From positions 1-24,194 of the forward strand of contig CAYHSR010000001.1 of assembly GCA_964359335.1 (NCBI GenBank): 24,194 bases of DNA, in the 5' to 3' direction. This DNA comes from an uncultured Gammaproteobacteria bacterium. Its GTDB lineage: Bacteria; Patescibacteriota; Patescibacteriia; Magasanikbacterales; GWA2-37-8. Below the pieces are notes generated by a model. It was not told the DNA's origin, did no database searches, and saw only the letters and a list, made by a program, of their open reading frames with translations. The stretch's first letter is position 1. Each line of letters opens with the position of its first letter. This document shows positions 14,987 to 23,569 of the stretch, in pieces. Made by a program: the position numbers and the translations under genes.

Positions 14987-15412
14987 ATGAACTTAAAGCA
15001 GTATCTCATTTTGATGTCTTTAGGGACCATAGTTTGTTGGTCTGTTTGGTTTATTGTTTTAGGCAATGTTGATCCTACTGATTCCGGTTGGTTGGGATTC
15101 GCATTCTTTTATCTTAGTTTATTTTTGTCTTTAGCCGGCACTTTTTCGGTAATTGGTTTTTTTGTTAAACAAAAATTTTCCAAAAACGACACCGTAATTT
15201 TTAAACACGTTCGCCATGCTTTTCGTCAGGGAATATTGTTGTCTATTTTATTAATTATTTCATTGCTGCTGCTGCAATTAGAGTTGCTTAATTGGTTAAC
15301 CGGGATTTTGTTGGTCGTTTTATTTTTAATATTGGAGAGTATTTTGTTGTCAGCGAGAAAGTTTAGAAATAAGGATCGCTTGCGCGGGGATGACAGAAAT
15401 AATTATGTTTAA
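14987..15412 (+). CDS. Hypothetical small integral membrane protein (about 4 TM)
   Basis: 141 aa with four hydrophobic stretches and a basic cytoplasmic RHAFRQG motif; stop overlaps the mreB start by 8 nt. Confidence 0.8.
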   Translation: MNLKQYLILMSLGTIVCWSVWFIVLGNVDPTDSGWLGFAFFYLSLFLSLAGTFSVIGFFVKQKFSKNDTVIFKHVRHAFRQGILLSILLIISLLLLQLELLNWLTGILLVVLFLILESILLSARKFRNKDRLRGDDRNNYV

Positions 15413-16442
15413 TAACTTATTTAAAAAATTCAGTAAAAATTTAGGGATTGATTTAGGTACTGCCAATACCTTGGTTTATGTTGATGGCAGAGGAGTGGTT
15501 ATCAATGAACCAAGCGTGGTGGCTGTTAATACCAGAACTGAACAAATTTTAGCGGTTGGCGCTGAAGCCAAAGAAATGTTAGGCAAGACCCCGCCTCACA
15601 TTATTACCACTAGGCCATTGATTAATGGAATTATTTCTGATTTTGAAGTGACAGAAAAAATGCTCAGATATTTTTTTGATAAAGTTTATGATGGCCGATC
15701 TAATTTTCTAACTCGGCCTAAAGTTATTATCGGCGCGCCGTTAGATATTACGGAAGTTGAGAAAAAAGCCATTCGGGACGCGGCGATTAGCGCCGGCGCC
15801 AAAGAGGTTTGGATAGTCGAGGAACCAATGGCCGCGGCCATTGGCAGCCGCATGCCGGTGCGTGAACCTGTTGGTAATTTAATCGTGGAGATCGGCGGCG
15901 GAACCTGTGAAATCGCCGTCATTTCTTTGGGCGGCATAGTCCATTGGAAATCCATGCATATTGCCGGCGATGAATTTAATCGTAATATTATCAGCTATAC
16001 GCGGGATAATTTCAGTTTGTTATTGGGCGAGAAGCAAGCCGAAGAGATAAAGATTAAAATCGGTTCAGCCATTGAGATGGGGGATCATATTCAATTTCCG
16101 ATGCGCGGTCGCGATTTGATTACCGGATTACCAAAAGAAATTATGATTAGCGACGATCAGGTGAGAGAAGCCATAAGCAAATCACTCAAAACGATAGTTG
16201 ACGGCATCAAAGAAACTTTGGAAATTACGCCGCCTGAATTGGTGGCTGATATTCACGAACGTGGTATTTTAATTTCCGGCGGCGGCGCTTTATTGCGTGG
16301 CATTGATAAACTGATTAGTCGCGCGACCAATATTCCGGTTAGGATCGCCGATGATCCTCTTACATCAGTCGTTCGTGGAACCGGGATTCTCTTAGATGAA
16401 CCGGAATTATTGCGGGAAGTATCAATTGGACCGGAATCATAA
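15405..16442 (+). CDS. mreB: Rod shape-determining actin homologue MreB (345 aa; start moved to ATG 15405)
   Basis: GIDLGTANT, EEPMAAAIG, VEIGGGT, AEEIKIKIG and SGGGALL. Confidence 0.98.
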   Translation: MFNNLFKKFSKNLGIDLGTANTLVYVDGRGVVINEPSVVAVNTRTEQILAVGAEAKEMLGKTPPHIITTRPLINGIISDFEVTEKMLRYFFDKVYDGRSNFLTRPKVIIGAPLDITEVEKKAIRDAAISAGAKEVWIVEEPMAAAIGSRMPVREPVGNLIVEIGGGTCEIAVISLGGIVHWKSMHIAGDEFNRNIISYTRDNFSLLLGEKQAEEIKIKIGSAIEMGDHIQFPMRGRDLITGLPKEIMISDDQVREAISKSLKTIVDGIKETLEITPPELVADIHERGILISGGGALLRGIDKLISRATNIPVRIADDPLTSVVRGTGILLDEPELLREVSIGPES

Positions 16443-16478
16443 TTTTTGATTTTAAAATTATTGGTTGGTTCGATATTT

Positions 16479-17285
16479 ATGTTAAGAAACCACAAACTAA
16501 AAAGATTAATACCGGCATCAATAGCAATTTTATTGCTAATTTTTTTTCATTATGTTGGTTGGTTGGGGTTGGTGGAACGAGGATTTCGCGTCGGAATTAA
16601 GCCCGTCTATTCATTTTTTTATTCCGCCAAGATAGGTTTGGATGATAAATATACGGCCTTTAAAAATCGCGGTCGGCAGGAAGAAATTTACAAAAAATAT
16701 TCTGATTTGGAATTAAAATTCAAGCAGTCGCGAACCGAAAATTATAATTTAAAATTTGAAAATAGCCTATTAAAGGCAAAGGTCAATTTTATTGAAAACA
16801 ATAAATATAGGTTAGTCAGCACCAGAGTCATCGGTAAAAATTCTGACGCGACCGACCAATCGTTGATTATTGACATTGGCAGCAAAAACGGGATCAAGGA
16901 AAATCAGCCAGTAGTAATAATGGATGGCATTATTATTGGAATAGTAAAAAAAGCAAATCCAGACACTTCTTTAGTGCGGTTATTAAATGATAATAATTTA
17001 AAAATTGCCGCCACGATTATTAATAATAAAAATAGTTTGGGAGTGGTAGAGGGCGGTTATGGATTAAGCATCCGTATGAAATTAATTCCACGCAACGAAG
17101 TGGTTATGGTTGGCGATCAAGTGATTACTTCCGGTTTAGAAAAAGACATTCCACGCGGGTTATTAATCGGCGAGGTGGAGATTACCGAAAATGAACCTTA
17201 CCAACCGTTTCAAACCGCCGTGATAAAACCGGCAGCGGATTTGTCTCAGATAAGCTTGGTTTCTGTGCTTACGTCGGTGAAATAA
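16479..17285 (+). CDS. mreC: Rod shape-determining protein MreC (268 aa; start moved to ATG 16479)
   Basis: N-terminal TM, coiled coil (LKFENSLLK), IDIGSKNGIKENQPV, VITSGL...IPRGLLIG; follows mreB. Confidence 0.93.
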   Translation: MLRNHKLKRLIPASIAILLLIFFHYVGWLGLVERGFRVGIKPVYSFFYSAKIGLDDKYTAFKNRGRQEEIYKKYSDLELKFKQSRTENYNLKFENSLLKAKVNFIENNKYRLVSTRVIGKNSDATDQSLIIDIGSKNGIKENQPVVIMDGIIIGIVKKANPDTSLVRLLNDNNLKIAATIINNKNSLGVVEGGYGLSIRMKLIPRNEVVMVGDQVITSGLEKDIPRGLLIGEVEITENEPYQPFQTAVIKPAADLSQISLVSVLTSVK

Positions 17286-17289
17286 AAAT

Positions 17290-17808
17290 ATGAAATTTAT
17301 TAGGCCTTTTATCATTCTAATTCTGTTTGTCGTTATTCATTCCTTGGTGGCGAATTTTTTGCCCTATCCGTTTAATCTAATCAATATTTTCGTTGTTCTT
17401 TTCATGGCAGAGGTTTATTTACGCCGTGATTCACAGGTCGGTGTTTTTTTGGCCATGGGTTTCTTGTTGGATATTTTTAGCGTCAATTTGTTTGGCGTAA
17501 ATATCATATCAATTTTTTTTGCTTATATTATGATGGAATGGCTGCTGAAAAATTTCTTATCCAATTCTCATTTTTACACGGTTTTTTTAGCCGCTGGTTT
17601 ATCCGTTTTTTGGTTTAGATTGGTTTATTTGTTGATTATTTTTTCTTATAATTTTTTTACAGCCGCGGCGAATTTTTTCAACGTTCAATTATTAATTGAT
17701 TGGCTCTGGGAGGGGTTGATGACAGCCTTATTCAGCACTTTAATCTACCTGCTTTTTTTTAGACTATCGCGAGTCGTCAATCCAGCTTATATATTTTTTA
17801 AAAGATAA
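17290..17808 (+). CDS. mreD: Rod shape-determining protein MreD
   Basis: 172 aa, highly hydrophobic, GFLLDIFS...FG motif; located between mreC and PBP2. Confidence 0.8.
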   Translation: MKFIRPFIILILFVVIHSLVANFLPYPFNLINIFVVLFMAEVYLRRDSQVGVFLAMGFLLDIFSVNLFGVNIISIFFAYIMMEWLLKNFLSNSHFYTVFLAAGLSVFWFRLVYLLIIFSYNFFTAAANFFNVQLLIDWLWEGLMTALFSTLIYLLFFRLSRVVNPAYIFFKR

Positions 17809-17817
17809 CGCCTGCCA

Positions 17818-19806
17818 ATGTCAAAACCAATTTTTATCAGCCCGATTGCCGCGTCAAAAACGTCCAACCTTAAAGGAAAGTATCTTTATGGTTGGACAGA
17901 AGAATCATTAGAAATAGTTAGGAGTGAAAGCAACGAAGGACAGCGAGAGTTTTTGGGAGTCAGTATTTCCTCGCGCCATCTCCGCTGGCTATTGTTTGTC
18001 TGCGTCTTTATTTTTGGACTGATATTTTTTAGAACAGCTTATTTACAAATTTTTAAAGGCAATGAATATTTGGTGTTAGCGGAAGCAAATCGCATTAGAA
18101 TTAAAGATATTGTTTCCGAACGCGGAATAATTTATGATCGCGATAAAAAAGCGTTATTAGAGAATGTCCCAAACTTTGCTTTAACAATTATTCCACAAGA
18201 TTTGCCGGTCATTCACACTTTGGAAGGTCAATTGGCCAGAAAAAAAGTGATTAAAAAAGTCGTTGAGCTGGCTGGGATTGATGAGATACAAATCAATAAT
18301 TTACTGGAAAAATATAGTTCTTACAGCTATGCGTCATTAGTTATCAAAGAAGATGTTGATTATCAAGTCGCTCTTAAAATTTATTTAGCCGGCAATGATT
18401 TGCCCGGTATCTATATTGAAAAAAACAATAAACGAAAATATTTTAACACCATTGATAGCGCGACTCAACCAATCCAAAATGTTTTGAGTTTGTCTCATAT
18501 TGTTGGCTATTTAAGCAAACTATCGGAAGAAGAATATAAAAATTTTAAAAATAGCGGTTATCTTTTATTTGATTCCATTGGAAAATTGGGTTTGGAAAAA
18601 GTTTACGAGTCGGTTTTAAGAGGGCAATATGGCAAAAAAAAGGTAGAAGTGGATTCTAATGGGCGTGAAAAAAGAGTGTTAACCGAAGATTCGCCGAAGC
18701 CGGGCGATAATTTAATTTTGGGCATTGATTTCGTCGCCCAGCAAAAATTACAAGCTGAATTGCAAAAGATTTTGGATAAATATCATAAAAATAAAGCAGC
18801 CGCGATCGCTTTCAATCCTAATACCGGTTCGGTCTTGGCTTTAGTCAGTTTGCCAGCCTTTGATAATAATGATTTTTCCGGTGGAATTAAAACGAGCAAG
18901 TATCAAGAATATTTAACAAACAAAAATAATCCACTGTTTAATCGAACGGCCAGTGGCGCCTATCCATCCGGTTCAACCATCAAAATGGTCGTGGCCGCCG
19001 GCGCTTTGCAAGAGGGTATTATTAATTACAACACCACTTTTTTGAGTAAAGGCGGACTGACGATAGATCGCTGGTTTTTTCCGGATTGGCTATCTGGCGG
19101 ACATGGCGTTACCAACGTAACCAAAGCCATTGCCTGGTCGGTGAACACATTTTTTTATTATATTGGCGGTGGTTATGGAGAGTTTAACGGTTTGGGAGTG
19201 GAAAAAATGAAAAAATATATGGAGATGTTTGGGCTGGGCTATCCGACCGGCATTGACTTGTCTTCGGAAGAGAGCGGGTTTATTCCGGATAAAAATTGGA
19301 AATTAAGAACAAAAAAAGAACCATGGTATATTGGAGATACCTATAATTTATCCATCGGCCAAGGAGATCTGTTGGTGACGCCGCTACAAGTGGCGATTTG
19401 GACCGCGGCCGTAGCCAACGGAGGAAAGTTAGTTAGACCGCATTTGGTTGATTATATTGAAGACGCGCAAACTAAAAATAAGACAGAAATTAAATCACAA
19501 ATTAAGAATATTGGTATTTCATCAGCCAACATGAAAATTATCAAGCAGGGCATGGGGGAGTGTGTGAATTATGGCAGTTGCGGAATGTTAAAATATTTAA
19601 GTTTCAGTTCCGGCGGCAAGACCGGTACCGCGCAATGGACCGACAATAACAAACAGAATCACGCATGGTTTACCAGTTTTGCTCCTTACGACAATCCGCA
19701 AATCGTGGTGACGGTTTTAATTGAAGAGGGCGAAGAGGGAGCGGCTACCGCTTTGCCGGTCGCCTATGAATTTCTAAAATGGTGGGGGAGTAAATATCTA
19801 CGATAG
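17818..19806 (+). CDS. mrdA: Penicillin-binding protein 2 (class B transpeptidase)
   Basis: TM anchor, RGIIYDR, SxxK (GSTIK), SxN (SVN) and KTG (GKTGTAQ) motifs; in the mre operon. Confidence 0.95.
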   Translation: MSKPIFISPIAASKTSNLKGKYLYGWTEESLEIVRSESNEGQREFLGVSISSRHLRWLLFVCVFIFGLIFFRTAYLQIFKGNEYLVLAEANRIRIKDIVSERGIIYDRDKKALLENVPNFALTIIPQDLPVIHTLEGQLARKKVIKKVVELAGIDEIQINNLLEKYSSYSYASLVIKEDVDYQVALKIYLAGNDLPGIYIEKNNKRKYFNTIDSATQPIQNVLSLSHIVGYLSKLSEEEYKNFKNSGYLLFDSIGKLGLEKVYESVLRGQYGKKKVEVDSNGREKRVLTEDSPKPGDNLILGIDFVAQQKLQAELQKILDKYHKNKAAAIAFNPNTGSVLALVSLPAFDNNDFSGGIKTSKYQEYLTNKNNPLFNRTASGAYPSGSTIKMVVAAGALQEGIINYNTTFLSKGGLTIDRWFFPDWLSGGHGVTNVTKAIAWSVNTFFYYIGGGYGEFNGLGVEKMKKYMEMFGLGYPTGIDLSSEESGFIPDKNWKLRTKKEPWYIGDTYNLSIGQGDLLVTPLQVAIWTAAVANGGKLVRPHLVDYIEDAQTKNKTEIKSQIKNIGISSANMKIIKQGMGECVNYGSCGMLKYLSFSSGGKTGTAQWTDNNKQNHAWFTSFAPYDNPQIVVTVLIEEGEEGAATALPVAYEFLKWWGSKYLR

Positions 19807-19828
19807 GAAGATTTGTTGTAAATGTCAT

Positions 19829-19856
19829 TTGACTACTTTGTAGTTTGTGTTATAAT
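19829..19856 (+). promoter_or_regulatory. Sigma70 promoter (extended -10) for greA-lysS-ribL-like-serS
   Basis: TTGACT (19829-19834), 16 nt, TGt plus TATAAT (19851-19856). Confidence 0.75.
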
Positions 19857-19892
19857 TTGAGTATAAATAACTCTTATTTTGACAATAATACT

Positions 19893-19913
19893 AGATGAAT
19901 TAATAATTCATCT
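19893..19913. other. Perfect 9-bp inverted repeat in the greA leader
   Basis: AGATGAATT-AAT-AATTCATCT, ending 6 nt before the ATG. Confidence 0.6.
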
Positions 19914-19919
19914 CTGACT

Positions 19920-20390
19920 ATGTTTTATAATAATATTCAATATTTAACCCAACAAGGATATAATGATTTAGAGGCTGAACTTAAGAGGTTGAAAGATGTT
20001 AAAATTCCTGAAACAGCCAAGCGGATTGATGAGGCCAAACAGCAAGGCGACTTATCCGAAAACGCGGAATATCATCATGCCCGCGAGGAAATGGATGAAT
20101 TTCACGCTCGCTTGGCTCAAATTAATTATATTTTAGATAATGCCGAGATTTTGTCTAAAAGTGACGGCCATAACGCGGTTAATCTTGGATCAATAGTTCG
20201 TTTTGAAGATCCAAAAGGCAATGAAAAAGAATATGTGATTGTCGGCCCGCAAGAGGCCGATCCAATCGCCGGTAAAATTTCCAATGAATCACCGATTGGC
20301 AGGGCTTTTTTAGGCGCCAAAGTGGATGATAAAATCAAAGTACACACACCGGCCGGGGTAAATGAATATAAAATTTTACAGATTTCTTAA
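19920..20390 (+). CDS. greA: Transcription elongation factor GreA
   Basis: YLTQQG, QGDLSENAEY acidic tip and ISNESPIGRAFLG. Confidence 0.97.
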   Translation: MFYNNIQYLTQQGYNDLEAELKRLKDVKIPETAKRIDEAKQQGDLSENAEYHHAREEMDEFHARLAQINYILDNAEILSKSDGHNAVNLGSIVRFEDPKGNEKEYVIVGPQEADPIAGKISNESPIGRAFLGAKVDDKIKVHTPAGVNEYKILQIS

Positions 20391-20396
20391 TTAAAT

Positions 20397-21860
20397 ATGG
20401 AACAACAATCTTTAGAAGAAAAAGATCGTTTGATTAAATTGGCTGTATTTAAAGAAAGCGATCAAAATCCTTATCCAACTAAAGTGTTGGAGGCGATTTC
20501 TGTCGCCCAAGCGTTGGAAAAAAAGGAAAAAAATAATGTGGTTGTACACGGTCGATTAGTATCCAAACGACTGATGGGCAAATTATGTTTTTTGCGCGTT
20601 AAAGACGCGACTGGTGTCATGCAGTTGGCAGTTTCCGAAGAAACGTTCGGCAAAGAACGGTTTAAATTTTTTGTAAAAAATTATGATATGGGTGATTTCG
20701 TGGAAGTTAAGGGCGAGACATTCATCACCCATAAAGGCGAAAAAACAATTTTAGTTAAAGAATATAATCTTTTGAGCAAAGCACTTTTGCCGTTGCCGGA
20801 AAAATTTCACGGTTTGACTGATATTGAGGCGCGCTATCGCCAACGTTATCTGGATTTGTTAGCCAATCCGGAATCAACGCGAATCGCTCAAGTTCGCAGT
20901 AAAATTGTACAAGAAATTAGAAATTATTTTGATGCTTTGGGATTTTACGAGGTGGAAACACCGATTTTACAATCTTTATACGGCGGCGCTTTGGCCAAGC
21001 CGTTTACCACCCACCACAACGCGTTGGATGTGGATTTGTATTTGCGCGTCGCGCCGGAGTTGTATTTAAAACGTCTGATTGTCGGCGGGTTTGAAAAAGT
21101 CTATGAAATTGCTCGTTGTTTTAGAAATGAAGGTATTGACAATAATCATAATCCGGAATTTACGCAGATTGAATTTTATTGGGCATATGCCAACTATAAC
21201 GACTTAATGGATCTGATGGAAGATTTATTGCCAAAAATTATTAAAGTCGCTGGTTTGAATTTAAAATTTATCGTAGGGGACAAAGAAATTGATTTTACAC
21301 CGCCTTATCCGCGTTGTACCATGCGCCAATTGATTTTGGATTATGTCAATCTGGATATTGAAGATTATCCGGATCAAGCGTCAATTTATAAAAAAGCCCA
21401 ATCGTTAAAAATTAATGATATAGATAAAAAATACGGACGAGGCAAGATTATTGATGAAATTTATAAGGTTCATGTTCGCCCCCATATCATCAATCCATTG
21501 TTTATGATCGATCATCCGGTAGAACTTTCTCCGTTGGCTAAACAGAAAGAGAGCGACGCGAGATATGTGGAACGGACGCAGCTTTTGTGCGTTGGGGGAA
21601 ATGAATTGTGTAATGGATTTTCGGAGTTAAATGATCCGCTTGAACAAGAACAACGTTTTAAAGAACAAGAACGGTTGTCAGAGGCCGGCGATGACGAAAG
21701 CATGCCGTATGACGCGGATTTTGTAACGGCTCTCAAACATGGTATGCCGCCTACGGCTGGTTTAGGTATGGGCATTGATCGATTAATTAAATTATTGACC
21801 AATTCTAAAAATCTAAAAGAAGTTATTTTGTTTCCAACTCTAAAAAATCAATCATTATGA
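20397..21860 (+). CDS. lysS: Lysyl-tRNA synthetase, class II
   Basis: OB fold (GRLVSKRLMGK), RYRQRYLDL, YLRVAPELYLKRL, FRNEGID..HNPEFT and GMPPTAGLGMGIDRL. Confidence 0.98.
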   Translation: MEQQSLEEKDRLIKLAVFKESDQNPYPTKVLEAISVAQALEKKEKNNVVVHGRLVSKRLMGKLCFLRVKDATGVMQLAVSEETFGKERFKFFVKNYDMGDFVEVKGETFITHKGEKTILVKEYNLLSKALLPLPEKFHGLTDIEARYRQRYLDLLANPESTRIAQVRSKIVQEIRNYFDALGFYEVETPILQSLYGGALAKPFTTHHNALDVDLYLRVAPELYLKRLIVGGFEKVYEIARCFRNEGIDNNHNPEFTQIEFYWAYANYNDLMDLMEDLLPKIIKVAGLNLKFIVGDKEIDFTPPYPRCTMRQLILDYVNLDIEDYPDQASIYKKAQSLKINDIDKKYGRGKIIDEIYKVHVRPHIINPLFMIDHPVELSPLAKQKESDARYVERTQLLCVGGNELCNGFSELNDPLEQEQRFKEQERLSEAGDDESMPYDADFVTALKHGMPPTAGLGMGIDRLIKLLTNSKNLKEVILFPTLKNQSL

Positions 21861-22258
21861 CCAAAGTCATGGTATTTGGCACGTTTGATATTTTGCATCC
21901 TGGACACAATCACATGCTTAAAGAAGCCAAACAATACGGCGAGGAATTGATAGTGGTAATTGCCAGAGATGATAATGTAAAAAAAGCAAAAGGAAGATTG
22001 CCAAAAAACAACGAGAAACAACGTTTAACCAATTTAAAAAAATTAAAGTTGACTGATAAAATTTGCTTGGGCAATTTACATAATAAATATAAAATCATTG
22101 ATGAAGAAAAACCAGATATTATCGCCTTGGGTTATGATCAGAAAACCTATGTGGATGATTTAACTGATCACATTGATAACAATGTGCAGATTGTCCGTTT
22201 AGCGCCGTACAAACCGGAAATTTATAAGAGTTCTAAATTACGATACGAAGTATTATAA
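21857..22258 (+). CDS. Cytidylyltransferase-family nucleotidyltransferase (archaeal-type FAD synthase RibL-like)
   Basis: VFGTFDILHPGH (HxGH), VVIARD, PDIIALGYDQ and C-terminal KSSK; ATGA overlap with lysS. Confidence 0.8.
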   Translation: MTKVMVFGTFDILHPGHNHMLKEAKQYGEELIVVIARDDNVKKAKGRLPKNNEKQRLTNLKKLKLTDKICLGNLHNKYKIIDEEKPDIIALGYDQKTYVDDLTDHIDNNVQIVRLAPYKPEIYKSSKLRYEVL

Positions 22259-22265
22259 TTTTTTT

Positions 22266-23537
22266 ATGTTAGATATAAAATTTATTCGCGAAAACAAGGA
22301 GTCGGTGTTGATCAACTGTAAAAATCGTCGTATAAATTGCAATTTGGAAGAATTGTTCGTTTTGGATGATGAACGGAAAGGTCTGCTGAAAAAGATTGAG
22401 GATTTACGCGGTAAACGAAACCTGATGTCTAAAGAAAAACCAAATGAAGAAGGGATTTTTTTGTCGCGTAAATTGGGCATGGAAATAAAACAGTTGGAAG
22501 ACATTCTTAAAAATATTGAGAGTAAATTAAGAGATGTATTGTATACAGTGCCTAATATGACGCATCCGGATAGCCCAATAGGCGAGGAGGCGGATTATAA
22601 AGTACTATATCTTAATAAGCCGGCGGTTAAATTTGATTTTATTCCGAAAGATCACGAAGAATTATTGATCAATTTAGATCAGATAGATTTTGAACGTGGC
22701 GCTAAAGTGGCCGGCTCTAAATTTTATTTTTGGAAAAATCAGCTAGTGCGTTTAAATTTAGCTTTAATCAACTATGGTTTGGATATTGTATCTCAACATG
22801 GCTATAAACTATTGGAAACTCCGGATGTGGCTAATGCCAAAATTATGGAAGGCAGCGGATTTAATCCGCGTGGTTCAGAAAGTCAAATTTATGGAATTAA
22901 GGATACTGATTTAAGTTTGGTAGGCACAGCTGAAATAACCGTTTTAGGATATCATGCCGACGAGATTCTAAATTTAACGGACGGCCCATTAAAATACGCC
23001 GCTCTATCGCATTGTTTTAGAACAGAGGCTGGCACTTATGGTAAATCCAGCAAGGGTTTGTATCGCGTTCATCAATTTACCAAATTGGAGATGTTTGTAT
23101 TTTGCCGGCCTGAGGAAAGTGAAAAAATGCATCAGGAATTATTGAAAATTGAGAAAGAAATAGTTAATGGGCTGGGTTTACCTTTTCGTGTAATTGATAT
23201 TCCAACCGGCGATTTGGGAGGCCCGGCTTACCGCAAATATGATTTGGAGGCCTATATGATTATGAAAGCCAGCGAAAAATCTAAGACACAAGGTGACTAT
23301 GGTGAAATTACCAGTACCAGCAATTGTACCGATTATCAGGCTCGACGTTTAAATATAAAATATAAAGACGATATTGGGAACACTAAATTTGTTCATACTT
23401 TAAATGGGACCGCAGTTGTGTTAAGCCGCTTTCCTTTGGCAATTGTGGAAAATTATCAGCAAGCTGACGGTAGTATAATAGTGCCGGAGGTTTTGAGAAA
23501 ATATTGCGGATTTGAACGGATAAGCCATCATTTCTAA
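22266..23537 (+). CDS. serS: Seryl-tRNA synthetase
   Basis: MLDIKFIREN, LVGTAE, CFRTEAG...GLYRVHQFTKLE, EITSTSNCTDYQARR and HTLNGTA. Confidence 0.98.
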   Translation: MLDIKFIRENKESVLINCKNRRINCNLEELFVLDDERKGLLKKIEDLRGKRNLMSKEKPNEEGIFLSRKLGMEIKQLEDILKNIESKLRDVLYTVPNMTHPDSPIGEEADYKVLYLNKPAVKFDFIPKDHEELLINLDQIDFERGAKVAGSKFYFWKNQLVRLNLALINYGLDIVSQHGYKLLETPDVANAKIMEGSGFNPRGSESQIYGIKDTDLSLVGTAEITVLGYHADEILNLTDGPLKYAALSHCFRTEAGTYGKSSKGLYRVHQFTKLEMFVFCRPEESEKMHQELLKIEKEIVNGLGLPFRVIDIPTGDLGGPAYRKYDLEAYMIMKASEKSKTQGDYGEITSTSNCTDYQARRLNIKYKDDIGNTKFVHTLNGTAVVLSRFPLAIVENYQQADGSIIVPEVLRKYCGFERISHHF

Positions 23538-23544
23538 ATTTTAA

Positions 23545-23560
23545 TTCGCCAGCCGGCGAA
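23545..23560. repeat. Short GC-rich palindrome in the serS-alr spacer
   Basis: TTCGCC-AGCC-GGCGAA; same core as the secA and helicase palindromes; no U-tract. Confidence 0.6.
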
Positions 23561-23569
23561 CTAAGTTTC

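Noticed and set aside
15827-15840. Perfect GC palindrome ATGGCCGCGGCCAT in mreB
   Set aside because: It is explained by the conserved MAAAI motif.
19807-19919. Absence of rodA after mrdA as gene loss
   Set aside because: rodA is often encoded elsewhere; a single window cannot show loss.
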